Shown here: piece after piece, positions 8,949-19,900 of the stretch
Layout of the letters: each line of letters begins with the position of its first letter
How positions within the stretch are numbered: the first letter of the stretch is position 1
Source: Fibrobacteria bacterium
Lineage (GTDB): Bacteria > Fibrobacterota > Fibrobacteria > UBA11236
Assembly: GCA_043745805.1 (NCBI GenBank)
Contig: JAYTSD010000014.1
Coordinates: 32,001 to 96,000, forward strand
DNA: 64,000 nt
Reading direction: 5' to 3'
The notes under the pieces: model-generated
Databases searched by the model: none
What the model saw: only the letters and a program-made list of their open reading frames with translations
Told to the model about the DNA's origin: nothing
Made by a program: the position numbers and the translations under genes

Positions 8949-10241
8949 GTGGGCCCAGAATCTAATTTCTCTATTTTACTCTTAAGCTTTGCAGCGCTAT
9001 TTTTTAGTGGAGTATTGAGCGGTATCAAAACCGTTTTAGGTTTTTTGCAAAAACAAAATAGTGAGCATGGATTAAATGCCAACAATGATAGAATCGCTTT
9101 ATTAATTGATGATGCTAAAAAAATATGGACTAAGCCCGGTTTTTTTGAATCGCTTAGTCTTGGTCGCTTTGTTTTAGATACCTTAGCTGTTTTATGCGCC
9201 AATCATTTTATTCATCAACTATTTCCAATTACACCGTTTTGGCTGATTACCTTATTCACTATTCTCTTTTGTTATGCCACCTCACATTGGTTTTTTCCTT
9301 TACTTGCACAAGCTTATGCCCTACGTTTAGCCGAGGGAAGCATACAAGCTTATCGCGTATACAGCTTTTTATTAATGGGTCGAATTGGCGAAATTCTTTT
9401 TTCGGCACATGATTATTGCCTTAATAAAATGGGTTATGATCATCGCCTTAGCTTTTTGGTAGAAACAAAACTCAATTCAACAGCTGAAGACGAACATCCT
9501 GACCGCAGTGGCTTGCAAGAAGATGAAAAAGAAATGATCCGCAGTATATTTGATTTACGCGAAACCCAAGCAAAAGAAATCATGACACCGCGTGTAGATG
9601 TAGTGGGCTTAGAAATGGGTGTTTCCTACGCTACGGTGATTGAATTAATTACCCGAGAAAAGTTTAGTCGTATTCCGGTTTATAAAGATACCATGGATTC
9701 CGTGCAGGGTATCTTGCATGTTATGGATATGATGGGGCTCAAAGAAAATGAAAAACAAGAGAGCTTCGATTTAGGTCATTATTTACGCGAAGCCTACTTT
9801 GTCCCACGTACCAAAAAAATTGGTGACTTAATGAGTGAGTTCCGCAAAAAACATATTCATATGGCCATTGTAGTCGATGAATACGGGGGAACCGCTGGTA
9901 TTGTTACCTTGGAAGATGTGCTGGAAGAAATCGTGGGGGAAATTCATGATGAAGATGAAGTAGAAACTACGCGTATTAAAAAATTAGAAGAAGGCATTTT
10001 TTTAGTCGATCCTATTATCTCCTTATCTGATTTACATGAAGAATTGGAAATTGAGTTAAAGCCTGAAGACGACGATATTCAAATTGATACTCTGGGTGGA
10101 TTTATTTTATTCTTGCATGGTAAAGTACCCGAAAAGGGTGACGTGGTGCGTTATAAAGAAATTACCTTCGAAATTATTGAGATGGACGGTCAAAAGATGG
10201 AAAAGATCCGTATGACCGTTAACACCTTGGTAAACAGCTAA
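8949..10241 (+). CDS. hemolysin / CNNM family CBS-domain membrane protein (HlyC/CorC)
   Basis: N-terminal TMs, EIMTPR, FSRIPVY, VVDEYGGTAGIVTLEDVLEEIVGEIHDE, CorC-type DTLGG. Usual position after ybeY. Confidence 0.9.
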   Translation: MGPESNFSILLLSFAALFFSGVLSGIKTVLGFLQKQNSEHGLNANNDRIALLIDDAKKIWTKPGFFESLSLGRFVLDTLAVLCANHFIHQLFPITPFWLITLFTILFCYATSHWFFPLLAQAYALRLAEGSIQAYRVYSFLLMGRIGEILFSAHDYCLNKMGYDHRLSFLVETKLNSTAEDEHPDRSGLQEDEKEMIRSIFDLRETQAKEIMTPRVDVVGLEMGVSYATVIELITREKFSRIPVYKDTMDSVQGILHVMDMMGLKENEKQESFDLGHYLREAYFVPRTKKIGDLMSEFRKKHIHMAIVVDEYGGTAGIVTLEDVLEEIVGEIHDEDEVETTRIKKLEEGIFLVDPIISLSDLHEELEIELKPEDDDIQIDTLGGFILFLHGKVPEKGDVVRYKEITFEIIEMDGQKMEKIRMTVNTLVNS

Positions 10242-10303
10242 ACCAAAGTCCTAAGCTATTTTAAACACATCCATTTGAATTCGTGTAACCAACATGATCC
10301 AAT

Positions 10304-10534
10304 TTATTCTGCTTGAGGATTTTCCGTATCAGGATGGATTTTTTTTTGCAAAGTCTTAATATTGCTTAAGAGATCATCATTGTAAAAATCCAATAAAGGA
10401 AGCTTGTTCAAAACCTCTTCGGAACGCGATAGCGTAGTAGAATTTTCTTTGATCAGCTTAATTAATTTATCAACTGAACCATGCAAATCCAGTAAGGATG
10501 TTTCCAACTCTACGATTTGCTTCGACTTTTCCAA
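10304..10534 (-). CDS. small helical hypothetical protein
   Basis: TTG start preceded by a strong SD (GAGGAGGT); amphipathic helical sequence. Confidence 0.55.
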   Translation of the reverse strand: MEKSKQIVELETSLLDLHGSVDKLIKLIKENSTTLSRSEEVLNKLPLLDFYNDDLLSNIKTLQKKIHPDTENPQAE

Positions 10535-10768
10535 AATACCTCCTCAAGCGCCTTTAGCTCAACTCTTGGGCGAGATAAACCAGGCCCCAAAAGTAATATA
10601 CAGAGATCGGAAAACAATTCAAATGGGTGCAGAAGCCTTATCTTATGGGCTTTGTGGGGAAAGTCCCACAATTTGAAATTATTGAAAAATCCAAATTTTG
10701 AAGAAAGCCTAAATCGTATTTTCTCAAATGTGAAGAACTTCAATTTTTAAAAAGGTAGGAGAAGCTTA

Positions 10769-11887
10769 TTAAAGGTTTCCCGAGGTACTTGGCAATAGAA
10801 TTTTAAAGAGGGTCGCGGATATTTCAGACTCACACTCCATTGTTCCACCGTGTTCTGAAATTATTTTTTTACTAATAGCCAATCCCAATCCGGTACCATC
10901 CTTTTCGGATTTGGTAGTGAAAAAAGGTTCAAATATATGTTCCAAATTATCCTTAGTAATACCACCAGCATTATCTTGAAAAATAATTTCCACCACGTCC
11001 ATTTTGGGTTTCATCGCTTGAATATGAATCACCTTAGGAAAACTAATTGAAGACTCAAAAGCATCGCGTGAATTGGTTAATAAATTATGAAATACACTTT
11101 CCAATTGTGTGCTGTTGCCTTGCAAAGTTAAATCTTTGTCAATATCAATTTGCACATCAATACCACGATTGCGCAATTGCCTATCCATAAATAACAGGCT
11201 ATCATCAATTAAATCGCGCAAGATTATGGTTGACTGAGAACGAATATCCTCTTTGCGCGAATATAGCAGAAGATGCTCCACCACTTTTTTCATTCTCTCC
11301 GCACATTTAATTACGGATTGTGCAGCGGAGAGTAACATGTTTTTATTTAGCTGGAGCTCCTCATCCGCAAAATGATCTCTTAAGTATTCTGCATCTAGTA
11401 ATATACTTGCTAATGGATTATTCAGTTCATGTGCCAAACTGGCACCTAAAGTGCCTAGAACAACTAATTTATTTGCATGAAATAATTGTTTCTCCAAAAG
11501 TACTTGCTGTCCCCGATCTAAAGAAAAACCCATGTAACCAATAATTTCCCCATTATTTTTTATAGGCGTAATAGTAAGATGCACAAATACTTCGGAACCA
11601 TCCGTAGCCAAATTAGTTATTTCACCTCCCCATGATTCTCCACGCGCTATAGTTTCCCACATGCTTTTATAAAAAAAGTTACTAGTAATGGGAGAGCGTA
11701 TAATCGCTTGCGATTTCCCCACCACCTCTTTATCATTTTTAAATTTATAGAGATTTAAATAGGCCTGATTAACCCTAAGCAAACGACCGCCCTTATTTGT
11801 GATATTGATAGCGTTTTCTGATTGTGTGAAAGCCATATCCACAATTGCGGCTGAGTTTAGATCTAGAGGAGAAATTGGACTACTCAT
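10769..11887 (-). CDS. cytoplasmic PAS-domain sensor histidine kinase
   Basis: PAS/PAC (MWETI..GESW.GE), H-box AHELNNPL, N-box NLLTNSRDA, DNAGG, FEPFFTTK, GTGLGL. No TM segment. Confidence 0.93.
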   Translation of the reverse strand: MSSPISPLDLNSAAIVDMAFTQSENAINITNKGGRLLRVNQAYLNLYKFKNDKEVVGKSQAIIRSPITSNFFYKSMWETIARGESWGGEITNLATDGSEVFVHLTITPIKNNGEIIGYMGFSLDRGQQVLLEKQLFHANKLVVLGTLGASLAHELNNPLASILLDAEYLRDHFADEELQLNKNMLLSAAQSVIKCAERMKKVVEHLLLYSRKEDIRSQSTIILRDLIDDSLLFMDRQLRNRGIDVQIDIDKDLTLQGNSTQLESVFHNLLTNSRDAFESSISFPKVIHIQAMKPKMDVVEIIFQDNAGGITKDNLEHIFEPFFTTKSEKDGTGLGLAISKKIISEHGGTMECESEISATLFKILLPSTSGNL

Positions 11888-11923
11888 AGGGAAACCTCTT
11901 TTTTAAAGATAAATCGACACTTC

Positions 11924-11948
11924 GTTTATTGTCATTTTGACAATAAAC
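11924..11948. promoter_or_regulatory. perfect palindrome, candidate enhancer (UAS) for the adjacent sigma-54 activator
   Basis: GTTTATTGTCA-TTT-TGACAATAAAC (11-bp arms), about 140 bp upstream of a -24/-12 element. Confidence 0.6.
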
Positions 11949-12088
11949 TGCTGTTTTGGCAAATTCTCGGAAATTAAATATTCTTTATCGATGCCAAAAA
12001 ATTTTGATGGCCATCATAACTTAGCTTAAATGCCCTTATTTAAATGAAAAACCTGCGAATTCATCAATCACTTTTATAGGGTAAAATA

Positions 12089-12104
12089 TGGCCTATGAAT
12101 TGCT
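12089..12104 (+). promoter_or_regulatory. sigma-54 (-24/-12) promoter
   Basis: TGGCCTATGAATTGCT: GG-N10-GC spacing, 57 nt before the ATG at 12162. Confidence 0.6.
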
Positions 12105-12161
12105 CAATTTCGAGTTGGCTTAAGCCGTTTACCAATTTGGGAAACAAGGAAAGTTAGTAGA

Positions 12162-13526
12162 ATGAAATTTAAACTTTTAATTGTAGACGATGAACAAAAT
12201 ATACTCGATTCGTTAACGCGAACCCTGCATGGCCTTGATATAGAATTATCAACTAATAATGATCCACGTAAAGCCTTAGAGATTATCAAAGAAAATACTC
12301 CTCACGTAGTTATCTCTGATTTAAAAATGCCGCATCTAGACGGTATTGGCTTACTGCAAAAAATCAAAGAGTTCGATAACAATATTCAAGTCATCATGAT
12401 CACTGGACATGGTACCATTGACGATGCTGTATCAGCCATGAAAAAAGGCGCCTATGATTTTATTGCTAAACCATTTAATAAACAAGAAATTCTAGCTATC
12501 ATCAATCGCGCTTTCGAAAAAGTTTCGCTGCTACAAGAAAATCTTTTACTAAAAGAAAAACTTAAAAAAAATCAAACCCCACATTTTGAATGGGGAAAAA
12601 GTCGTACCTTCAAAGAATTACTCAATCGCTCGGCACAAGCTGCCGCTAGCGAAGCGACGATTTTAATTCAAGGCGAAAGTGGTACCGGAAAAGAGGTTTT
12701 AGCGAATTATATATTTGCAAACTCTCCTCGTGTGCATCAACATTATATCACCGTGAATTGTGCCGCCATTCCCAAAAATCTTTTAGAAGCAGAGCTTTTT
12801 GGCTATAAAAAAGGATCCTTCACAGGAGCGCATCAGGATAAAAAGGGGAAGTTTTTAGAAGCAGATGGAGGCACTATTTTCTTAGATGAAATTGGAGAAA
12901 TGCCTTTAAGCACGCAACCCAAAATATTGCGCATATTGCAAGAAGGAGAAATTAGTCCGGTAGGTGGAAGTACCCAAAAGGTAAATGTACGTATCATTGC
13001 TGCTACCAACAAAAACTTACGCAAGCAAGTTGAAGCCAAGCTTTTTCGCGAAGATCTTTTTTACCGTTTAAATGTCATCCCATTACTTATTCCTCCTTTA
13101 CGCCAACGCCATGAAGATCTGCATTCTTTAATTTCCTTTTTTATCAATAAATATTGCAAAAAAAACAAAAGGGAAAATCTTTCTATTCATGCGGATGCTT
13201 TACGCTTAATGGAAAAATATCCATGGCCAGGAAATGTGCGTGAACTAGAAAATGCCATTGAGCGTTCGGTTATCTTATGCCTAGGTCATCAAATCTCTAT
13301 AGCCGATTTACCAGATGAATTAAGTCAGAGTTGTGAATCACAAGTTCAAATTGATATTGATCGCGGTATGACTATGGAAGAAATTGAATTATACGTTATC
13401 CAAAACACTCTTAAACGCAATCATGGGGACAAAGCAAAAACCGCAGAAGAATTAGGGATTAGCCTACGCACTATTTATCGAAAATTAGATGCAGTTATTT
13501 CGCAAGAAAATGGTGTGGCAAAATAA
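12162..13526 (+). CDS. NtrC/AtoC-family sigma-54-dependent response regulator
   Basis: REC domain (VDDE, D.KMP), GESGTGKE, ELFGYKKGSFTGA, FLDEIGE, FREDLFYRLNV, WPGNVRELEN, Fis-type HTH. Confidence 0.95.
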   Translation: MKFKLLIVDDEQNILDSLTRTLHGLDIELSTNNDPRKALEIIKENTPHVVISDLKMPHLDGIGLLQKIKEFDNNIQVIMITGHGTIDDAVSAMKKGAYDFIAKPFNKQEILAIINRAFEKVSLLQENLLLKEKLKKNQTPHFEWGKSRTFKELLNRSAQAAASEATILIQGESGTGKEVLANYIFANSPRVHQHYITVNCAAIPKNLLEAELFGYKKGSFTGAHQDKKGKFLEADGGTIFLDEIGEMPLSTQPKILRILQEGEISPVGGSTQKVNVRIIAATNKNLRKQVEAKLFREDLFYRLNVIPLLIPPLRQRHEDLHSLISFFINKYCKKNKRENLSIHADALRLMEKYPWPGNVRELENAIERSVILCLGHQISIADLPDELSQSCESQVQIDIDRGMTMEEIELYVIQNTLKRNHGDKAKTAEELGISLRTIYRKLDAVISQENGVAK

Positions 13527-13543
13527 TCTGAATGTTACCCCAT

Positions 13544-13573
13544 AAAAAAACCCGCTTGCAAGCGGGTTTTTTT
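13544..13573. terminator. bidirectional intrinsic terminator
   Basis: A7-CCCGCTTGCAAGCGGG-T7 between converging genes. Confidence 0.9.
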
Positions 13574-13591
13574 ATTTCGCGAGGAAAAAAG

Positions 13592-13972
13592 CTATTTGCT
13601 TTTTTTGGCACTGAAAGTAAGTACGTAGGCCAAGACATCATCGATTTGTTTAGGTGTTAAAGTTCCGCCCCAAGCTGCCATAAACGGAGAAAATCCATTT
13701 GCTGCCCCACCTTCGGTAATCACTTTTTTCAAAGCCTCAATTGGCCGCTTTTGCATATAAGCTGCATCCGTAAAATTTCTAGGTTTGGGATCTAAGGTTG
13801 CTGCCGTAGGGCCATCCCCTTGCCCTGTTTTTCCATGGCAAGTTGCACAATTCGTTTCAAAGATTTTTTTGCCTTCGATAATATTGGCTTTTGCTCCGGC
13901 TTTAGGTTTGCTTGCACCCATTGCGGTTATAGCTAAAGTCAGAACGGCTAAACTCAAAATTTTTATTCTCAT
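13592..13972 (-). CDS. monoheme c-type cytochrome
   Basis: Signal peptide, CATCHG, GDGP.A..L.PKPRNFT, distal Met in MAAW. Confidence 0.92.
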   Translation of the reverse strand: MRIKILSLAVLTLAITAMGASKPKAGAKANIIEGKKIFETNCATCHGKTGQGDGPTAATLDPKPRNFTDAAYMQKRPIEALKKVITEGGAANGFSPFMAAWGGTLTPKQIDDVLAYVLTFSAKKSK

Positions 13973-14236
13973 CTTTTGTTCCTCATTTGAATTCTAAATG
14001 CTCAAGTATTGGAGCTTTGGGGTATTATTTTTATTCCCCTTTTAATTTTAACAAATCCTCATTGTGATTCACAGTAAACACTATCCTAACAGCAAATAAT
14101 ATGGGTTTGAGGCCTACTTTAACAAAAGGGCGGGCCACAGATATTATGCCGTCAGAATCCTCGTTTCGAAGTACCTTAGAAAAACAAATATTCTAGCACC
14201 TTCAGTAGGTAATAATCCTTCAGAAAGGAGACTCTT

Positions 14237-15556
14237 ATGAAAAGATCACTTTATCGTATAATAAAATCGACTTTTGTGTTCGGCGCAATCGTTATGACTT
14301 TTATGACTGCTATGTTCTTTATCGCCTGTAACAAGAATGATACACATGAAAATAATATACCTAGGGTAACTCCCGATTTCTCTATAAACACCCCAGCTCC
14401 CGATCCACAACCGACGACCTCGGATAATATTCAACAAAGTCTAGACCTAACCTCAAATGGAGGATCCATTCTTTTTCAAAATATCGGCGCGCCAGGCTGG
14501 TATCCCAGTCCTCGTGACCCCAATACCGTAACCTGTGACGCTTATCGCAAAGGAACCTGTTGCATGGCCAAACATGTCATCACTACTGATAGCCTCGCGC
14601 CCTGGAATGAAGATTTAACCATGACTTTGCGCGGTCCTATGCTCGTTAAACAATTCGCTGTATATCAACCTAATCCGGATAAATTGAATTGGAGTTTAGC
14701 TTCTTTATGGCACGATAAAACACCCGCCATATTACAGGGCATAGCTTTTAAAGGAAATGGAACGGAAACCACCGGATTTAATGGCATTGTGGGAAATAAA
14801 TGTTTAGTAGATGTTTCTACTAATAAAAAATTTCCTTGCGGCCCCAATAGCGTGCCTTATTGCAATACTAATGATGGCAATCAATATTATGGTTGGGAAG
14901 GATCGAAGCTCATTATTTTGCAAGCTTCTATGCCACATATGACCGACCCCTTATTCAGTAATGCCAAACACTGTTCCGTAGATAAAGCGGATAATTGGTA
15001 TGATGCGCCTTGGATTGGTTTAAGTCATGGTGAATTGATTCGCATTGGAAAATTTAGTGGATGCAATTGTTATGGCAAAGATCCTGTGAATTGGGCGGTA
15101 GCCGATGGCTGCGGTCAGTTTAATGTTTTTGAAACTGTGAATGACAATAATACTTATCAAAATTTTGATCTTTTTAGCACCAATTTTTTCGCCTATCATG
15201 GCTATATCGGAGAAGGTCCATGTGGGAAAAATTGCAATGTCACTAATTTGAATATCAAAGTTGATTTAATCAATAAGGCTAATAGTTTAGAAGCGTCTAC
15301 GGGATCGGTAGCCTCACCTCAAAAAGGCCCTGGCACGGCTTTTCGTAGACCTCTGAATGGTTATCGTTATTTCATCATCTTAATGGATATGCAAAGTCGC
15401 AGCATTCAATTAGCTGAAATTCATCCTGCGAGTATACCCACAGTATTACAAACATTACTGCCTAGTTTGCCTGCACAAATTTCCCGCAATACTATTAATG
15501 ATATTTTAACTCTTCGCTTACCAGGATCGGCTGCAACCGGCATTTTTAAAAAATGA
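14237..15556 (+). CDS. Cys-rich lipoprotein resembling fungal Tos1/YJL171C (DUF2403 + DUF2401) glycoside-hydrolase-like proteins
   Basis: Lipobox-like FFIAC; LAPWNEDLTMTLRGPMLVKQFAVYQP, SMP, DAPWI, CNCY...GCGQFNVFE and FRRP motifs. Confidence 0.65.
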   Translation: MKRSLYRIIKSTFVFGAIVMTFMTAMFFIACNKNDTHENNIPRVTPDFSINTPAPDPQPTTSDNIQQSLDLTSNGGSILFQNIGAPGWYPSPRDPNTVTCDAYRKGTCCMAKHVITTDSLAPWNEDLTMTLRGPMLVKQFAVYQPNPDKLNWSLASLWHDKTPAILQGIAFKGNGTETTGFNGIVGNKCLVDVSTNKKFPCGPNSVPYCNTNDGNQYYGWEGSKLIILQASMPHMTDPLFSNAKHCSVDKADNWYDAPWIGLSHGELIRIGKFSGCNCYGKDPVNWAVADGCGQFNVFETVNDNNTYQNFDLFSTNFFAYHGYIGEGPCGKNCNVTNLNIKVDLINKANSLEASTGSVASPQKGPGTAFRRPLNGYRYFIILMDMQSRSIQLAEIHPASIPTVLQTLLPSLPAQISRNTINDILTLRLPGSAATGIFKK

Positions 15557-15562
15557 GTTTCA

Positions 15563-16954
15563 ATGCCTAATTTATCACCGCGCATAGCTATCATTGGTGC
15601 CGGTGCCAATGGCTTAACCACAGCGCTTTGGTTAAAAGAATTTCTGCCTAATTCTCAACTCACAATATTCGAAAATGCTCCGCAAGTGGGTGGTAAAATT
15701 CATTCGACTCGAGAAGATGGTTTTCTTATTGAATGGGGCGCACATTTACTGATGATACAGCGATCTGCTACATTGGAGCTTTGCCAAAAATTAGACTTGA
15801 TGGAAAAACTGGTTTACGGCTCTGCTACGTCCTCTAAACGTTACCTATTTTTAAATGGAAAAATACAGCCCATTGCCGAAACACCATGGCAATTCTTACG
15901 GCAAAATCCATTAACCATCTCAGGCTGGCTGCGCTTATTACAAGAACCTTTTATCTCTGTCAAAAAAGATTTTCTAGATGAAAGTCTACAATCGCATGCC
16001 TATAGACGATTAGGGAAAGAATTTAGCGAAAAATTTATCAATCCCTTAGCGCGTGGCATATTAGCTGGAGACCCTGCTAATATTAGCGTGCAAGCCTCTT
16101 TTGGGCATTTGCCAAAAATGGAAAAAACTTATGGAAGCTTAGCCCGTGCTTATGCAAAAACTTATTTTACTTCCAAAAATATTTCCTCCTCCAGTCTATT
16201 CGCTTCTTTTGCAAATGGACATCAAACATTAATCGATGCCTTAACCACAAAATTAATTCATCAAGGCATTGAAATTATTTGCGAAGCCTCCGTGAAATCG
16301 TTAATGCAAGAAAAGGATTATTTGCTCGCATACGAGCGCCATGGCGAAAAACATAAGGCCCAGTTTGACTCCGTAGTCCTGAGCTTACCTGCACCGGACT
16401 GCGCCAATATTTGCAAAAATCTTTTGCCACAATTACAAGGTTTTATGGAAGGCATTCCCTATTCCTCTCTCGTCTCAGTGAGCATTGGGCTAAATGAAAA
16501 GCAATCGGCATTCATTCCCGAAGGGTTTGGGTTTTTGGTGCCACGTCAAGAAAAATCGCCTATTTTAAGCTGTGTTTTTTCTTCGCAAATATTCCCTAAT
16601 CGAGCCCCAAAGGATTTTTCCCTATTAAATTTATCCTTAGGAGGATCAGAATATCCTGAACTTCCATTAATTAGCGAAACAGATATTGGCAAACTCGCTT
16701 GGACAAATTTACAAAATATTTTTAATCTCTCGGGGGAACCTCGTATGTTACGTGTTCATAAGCACTTAAAGGCCATGCCCCAATATCCAATACACCATTT
16801 ACAAAACTTGAAACTCATAGAGGATAAGGCTCTTAAGGCCTTGCCAGGACTCTATTTAGCAGGTAGCGCCTATTATGGAACAGGTTTAGAAAATGCTTTC
16901 GCAAATGCAAAAATTATTGCTAAAAATATTTCTACTTATTTCTCATCGAAATAA
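15563..16954 (+). CDS. hemG: FAD-dependent protoporphyrinogen / coproporphyrinogen oxidase (HemY-type)
   Basis: IIGAGANGL dinucleotide fold, VGGKIHS, GFGFLVP, FPNRAP, AMPQY, LAGSAYYG.G. Confidence 0.9.
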   Translation: MPNLSPRIAIIGAGANGLTTALWLKEFLPNSQLTIFENAPQVGGKIHSTREDGFLIEWGAHLLMIQRSATLELCQKLDLMEKLVYGSATSSKRYLFLNGKIQPIAETPWQFLRQNPLTISGWLRLLQEPFISVKKDFLDESLQSHAYRRLGKEFSEKFINPLARGILAGDPANISVQASFGHLPKMEKTYGSLARAYAKTYFTSKNISSSSLFASFANGHQTLIDALTTKLIHQGIEIICEASVKSLMQEKDYLLAYERHGEKHKAQFDSVVLSLPAPDCANICKNLLPQLQGFMEGIPYSSLVSVSIGLNEKQSAFIPEGFGFLVPRQEKSPILSCVFSSQIFPNRAPKDFSLLNLSLGGSEYPELPLISETDIGKLAWTNLQNIFNLSGEPRMLRVHKHLKAMPQYPIHHLQNLKLIEDKALKALPGLYLAGSAYYGTGLENAFANAKIIAKNISTYFSSK

Positions 16955-16988
16955 ATACTAGAATCGAAGAAAAATTTTTGGAGGAAAA

Positions 16989-19900
16989 ATGAAATTTACA
17001 CGCGCCTTTACGCAAGCTGGTATTAGCCCTTATTCTCTTTTCCAATATGAAATTCGTAAATCAGGGCAGCGTAACAATTCTGATTCCGCTAAAAATGTGG
17101 GTACCGAAGTACCCATCGGCTGGTCACAAACCGCCTCCGATATTCTTTCCCAAAAATATTTACGCCGCAAAGAAGTTCCTCAGCTGGATGCTACCGGGAA
17201 ACCATTGCTGGATGAAAAAGGCAAAACCGTCTTGGGCGGTGAAACCAGTGTACGTCAGGCTGTGGATAGACTTGCAGGATGCTGGCGTCATTGGGGCGAG
17301 CAATTAGGTTACTTCGATACACCAGAAGATGGATCCGCTTTTTATGACGATATAGCTTATATGCTTTTGGATCAAAGTTGTGCCCCCAATTCGCCGCAAT
17401 GGTTTAATACAGGGTTACATTGGAAATACGGTATCACGGGAAATGCGCAAGGACATTATTATGTCGACCCTAAAGATGAAGCATTAAAAACTTCACCTGA
17501 TGCTTTTTCTCGACCCCAACCCCATGCCTGCTTTATTCAATCGGTAGATGATGAACTCTTAGGGGAAAATGGCATTTATAGTTTAATGCAAAGAGAAGGC
17601 CGTATTTTTAAATATGGCTCGGGCACCGGAACAAATTTTAGTGCTATCCGTTCTTCCGGCGAAAATTTACAAGGCGGTGGTTCATCTTCAGGACTCATGT
17701 CGTTTTTACAAGTTTATGATCGCGCCGCGGGAGCTATAAAATCGGGAGGCACCACGCGACGTGCCGCAAAAATGGTTTGCCTCGATCTCGATCATCCGGA
17801 AATCGAAGAATTTATTCGTTGGAAAAGTCGTGAAGAAAGTAAAGTGGCGGCCTTAGTTGCAGGCAGCCATGCTTTGCATGAGGTGATTCAATCTATTTTT
17901 AAATTAGGTGATCCTAATAAGCACGAAGAAAAAGAAAAAAATCAACTCTTAGATATTTTACGCAAAGGCTTGGCAAATAATATCCCCGAAGGCTTAATGC
18001 GCAAAGCTTTAGAGCTAGCGGCCCAAGGCATTACAAATTATGATACTGAAATTTTAGATATTCATTTTGAAGGCGCCGCTTATACTACCGTAAGCGGACA
18101 AAATTCTAATAACTCTGTGCGCGTCCCTCATCGCTTTATGCTCGCCTTACAAGAAGATAATGACTGGAATTTAATAAATCGCACCGATGGCAAAGTGCAA
18201 AAAAAATTAAAGGCCCGTTACTTATGGGATACTATAGCCGAAGCCGCTTGGGATTGCGCCGATCCGGGTGTGCAATTTGAAGATACCATCAATGAATGGA
18301 ATACCTGTCCTAATGATGGTCGCATTCGCGCTTCCAATCCTTGTTCGGAATATATGTTCCTCGATGATACCGCCTGCAATTTAGCCAGTTTCAATTTGGT
18401 AAAGTTTCAAGATGAAAATGGTAATCTTAAAATTAAGGAATTTGAACATGCCGTACGTCTATGGACTACCGTATTAGAAATTTCTGTCGCCATGGCACAA
18501 TTTCCCTCGCCAGCCATTGCCCAAAAGTCATATGACTATCGTACCCTAGGTTTAGGATACGCCAACTTAGGATCCTTCCTTATGCGCGCAGGCATTGCCT
18601 ATGAAAGTGATAAAGCGCAGGCCATTACCGCCGGTATTACCGCCATACTTTGCGGAATTTCTTATGCCACTTCCGCAGAAATGGCCTCGCAATTGGGCGC
18701 ATTCAATCGCTATGCGGCTAACCGTGAGGCCATGTTAAAAGTCATGCGCAATCATCGTCGTGCAGCCTATAGCGAAGAATTTCATGCTTATGAAAATTTA
18801 ACTGTGGCACCCAAAGGAATTGATAAACAGTTATGTCCCAAAGATCTTTTACTGGCCGCGCGGCAAGCTTGGGATAAAGCCTTAGATTTAGGGACACAAT
18901 ACGGTTACCGTAATGCACAGGTAACTGTACTTGCTCCCACGGGGACTATTGGATTATTAATGGATTGCGACACCACAGGTATTGAACCCGATTATGCGCT
19001 GGTAAAATTTAAAAAATTAGTAGGCGGCGGCTATTTCAAAATTGTAAATCGCTCAGTGCCGATGGCTTTAAAACAACTCGGTTATCCCGACGATAAAATT
19101 CGACAAATCAAAAATTATTGCTTAGGGTCGGGTAAACTGGAAAATGCACCTGTGATAAATTCCAAAGCACTGCGTCAAAAAGGTTTTAATGAAGATAAAA
19201 TTCGCGCTATTGAAAATCATTTACCCCATTGCCTCACACTCCCCGATGCTTTTCAAGCTTATACTTTAGGCGCAGAATTTTTAACCTCTTTAGGCTTATC
19301 ACTGCAAACCCAAGAGGCAGGAGGCGAAGCTATTTTACATTCCTTAGGATTTACTTCCGAAGAAATTGAAGCCGCTGATATCGCCGTATGCGGCGCACAA
19401 ACTTTAGAAGGGGCACCCTATCTCAAACTTGAACATTATGCCGTATTCGATTGTGCTAATCCCGTGGGAGCGGGTCGTGGCAGTCGTTGTATTTCGGCTT
19501 TGGGTCATTTACAAATGATGGCCTCCGCACAAGCATTTTTAAGTGGAGCCATTTCCAAAACGGTAAACTTGCCGCGCGAAGCAACCATTATGGAAATTCA
19601 AAACATTTATACTTCCGCTTGGAAAATGATGATTAAAGCCGTGGCGCTTTATCGTGATGCATGCAAATTATCGCAACCTTTAAATTCCAAAATGCCGGAA
19701 ACCGATTTAATTTCGCAAGCAAAAAAATCTTTGCCTTCTCCAGCACGGGAATTTTCTTTAGCGATGTCACCCGAAGATTTAACCCGTCAAATTCAAACCC
19801 TGTCACGCCGTCGCTTGCCTACCAAGCGTGGAGGCTTTGTACAAGAAGTTACCGTTAGCGGGCATAAATTATTTCTGCGCACGGGCGAATATCCAGATGG

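Noticed and set aside
10510-10750. Overlapping 77-90 aa ORFs between the kinase and the small gene at 10304-10534
   Set aside because: No SD or motifs and mutually overlapping; more likely an intergenic region containing a hairpin near 10645-10670.
14134-14197. NrdR-box-like strings (CCACAGATATTATG, AAACAAATATTCTAG) upstream of the run containing nrdJ
   Set aside because: Poor fit to the 16-bp consensus and about 2.8 kb from nrdJ.
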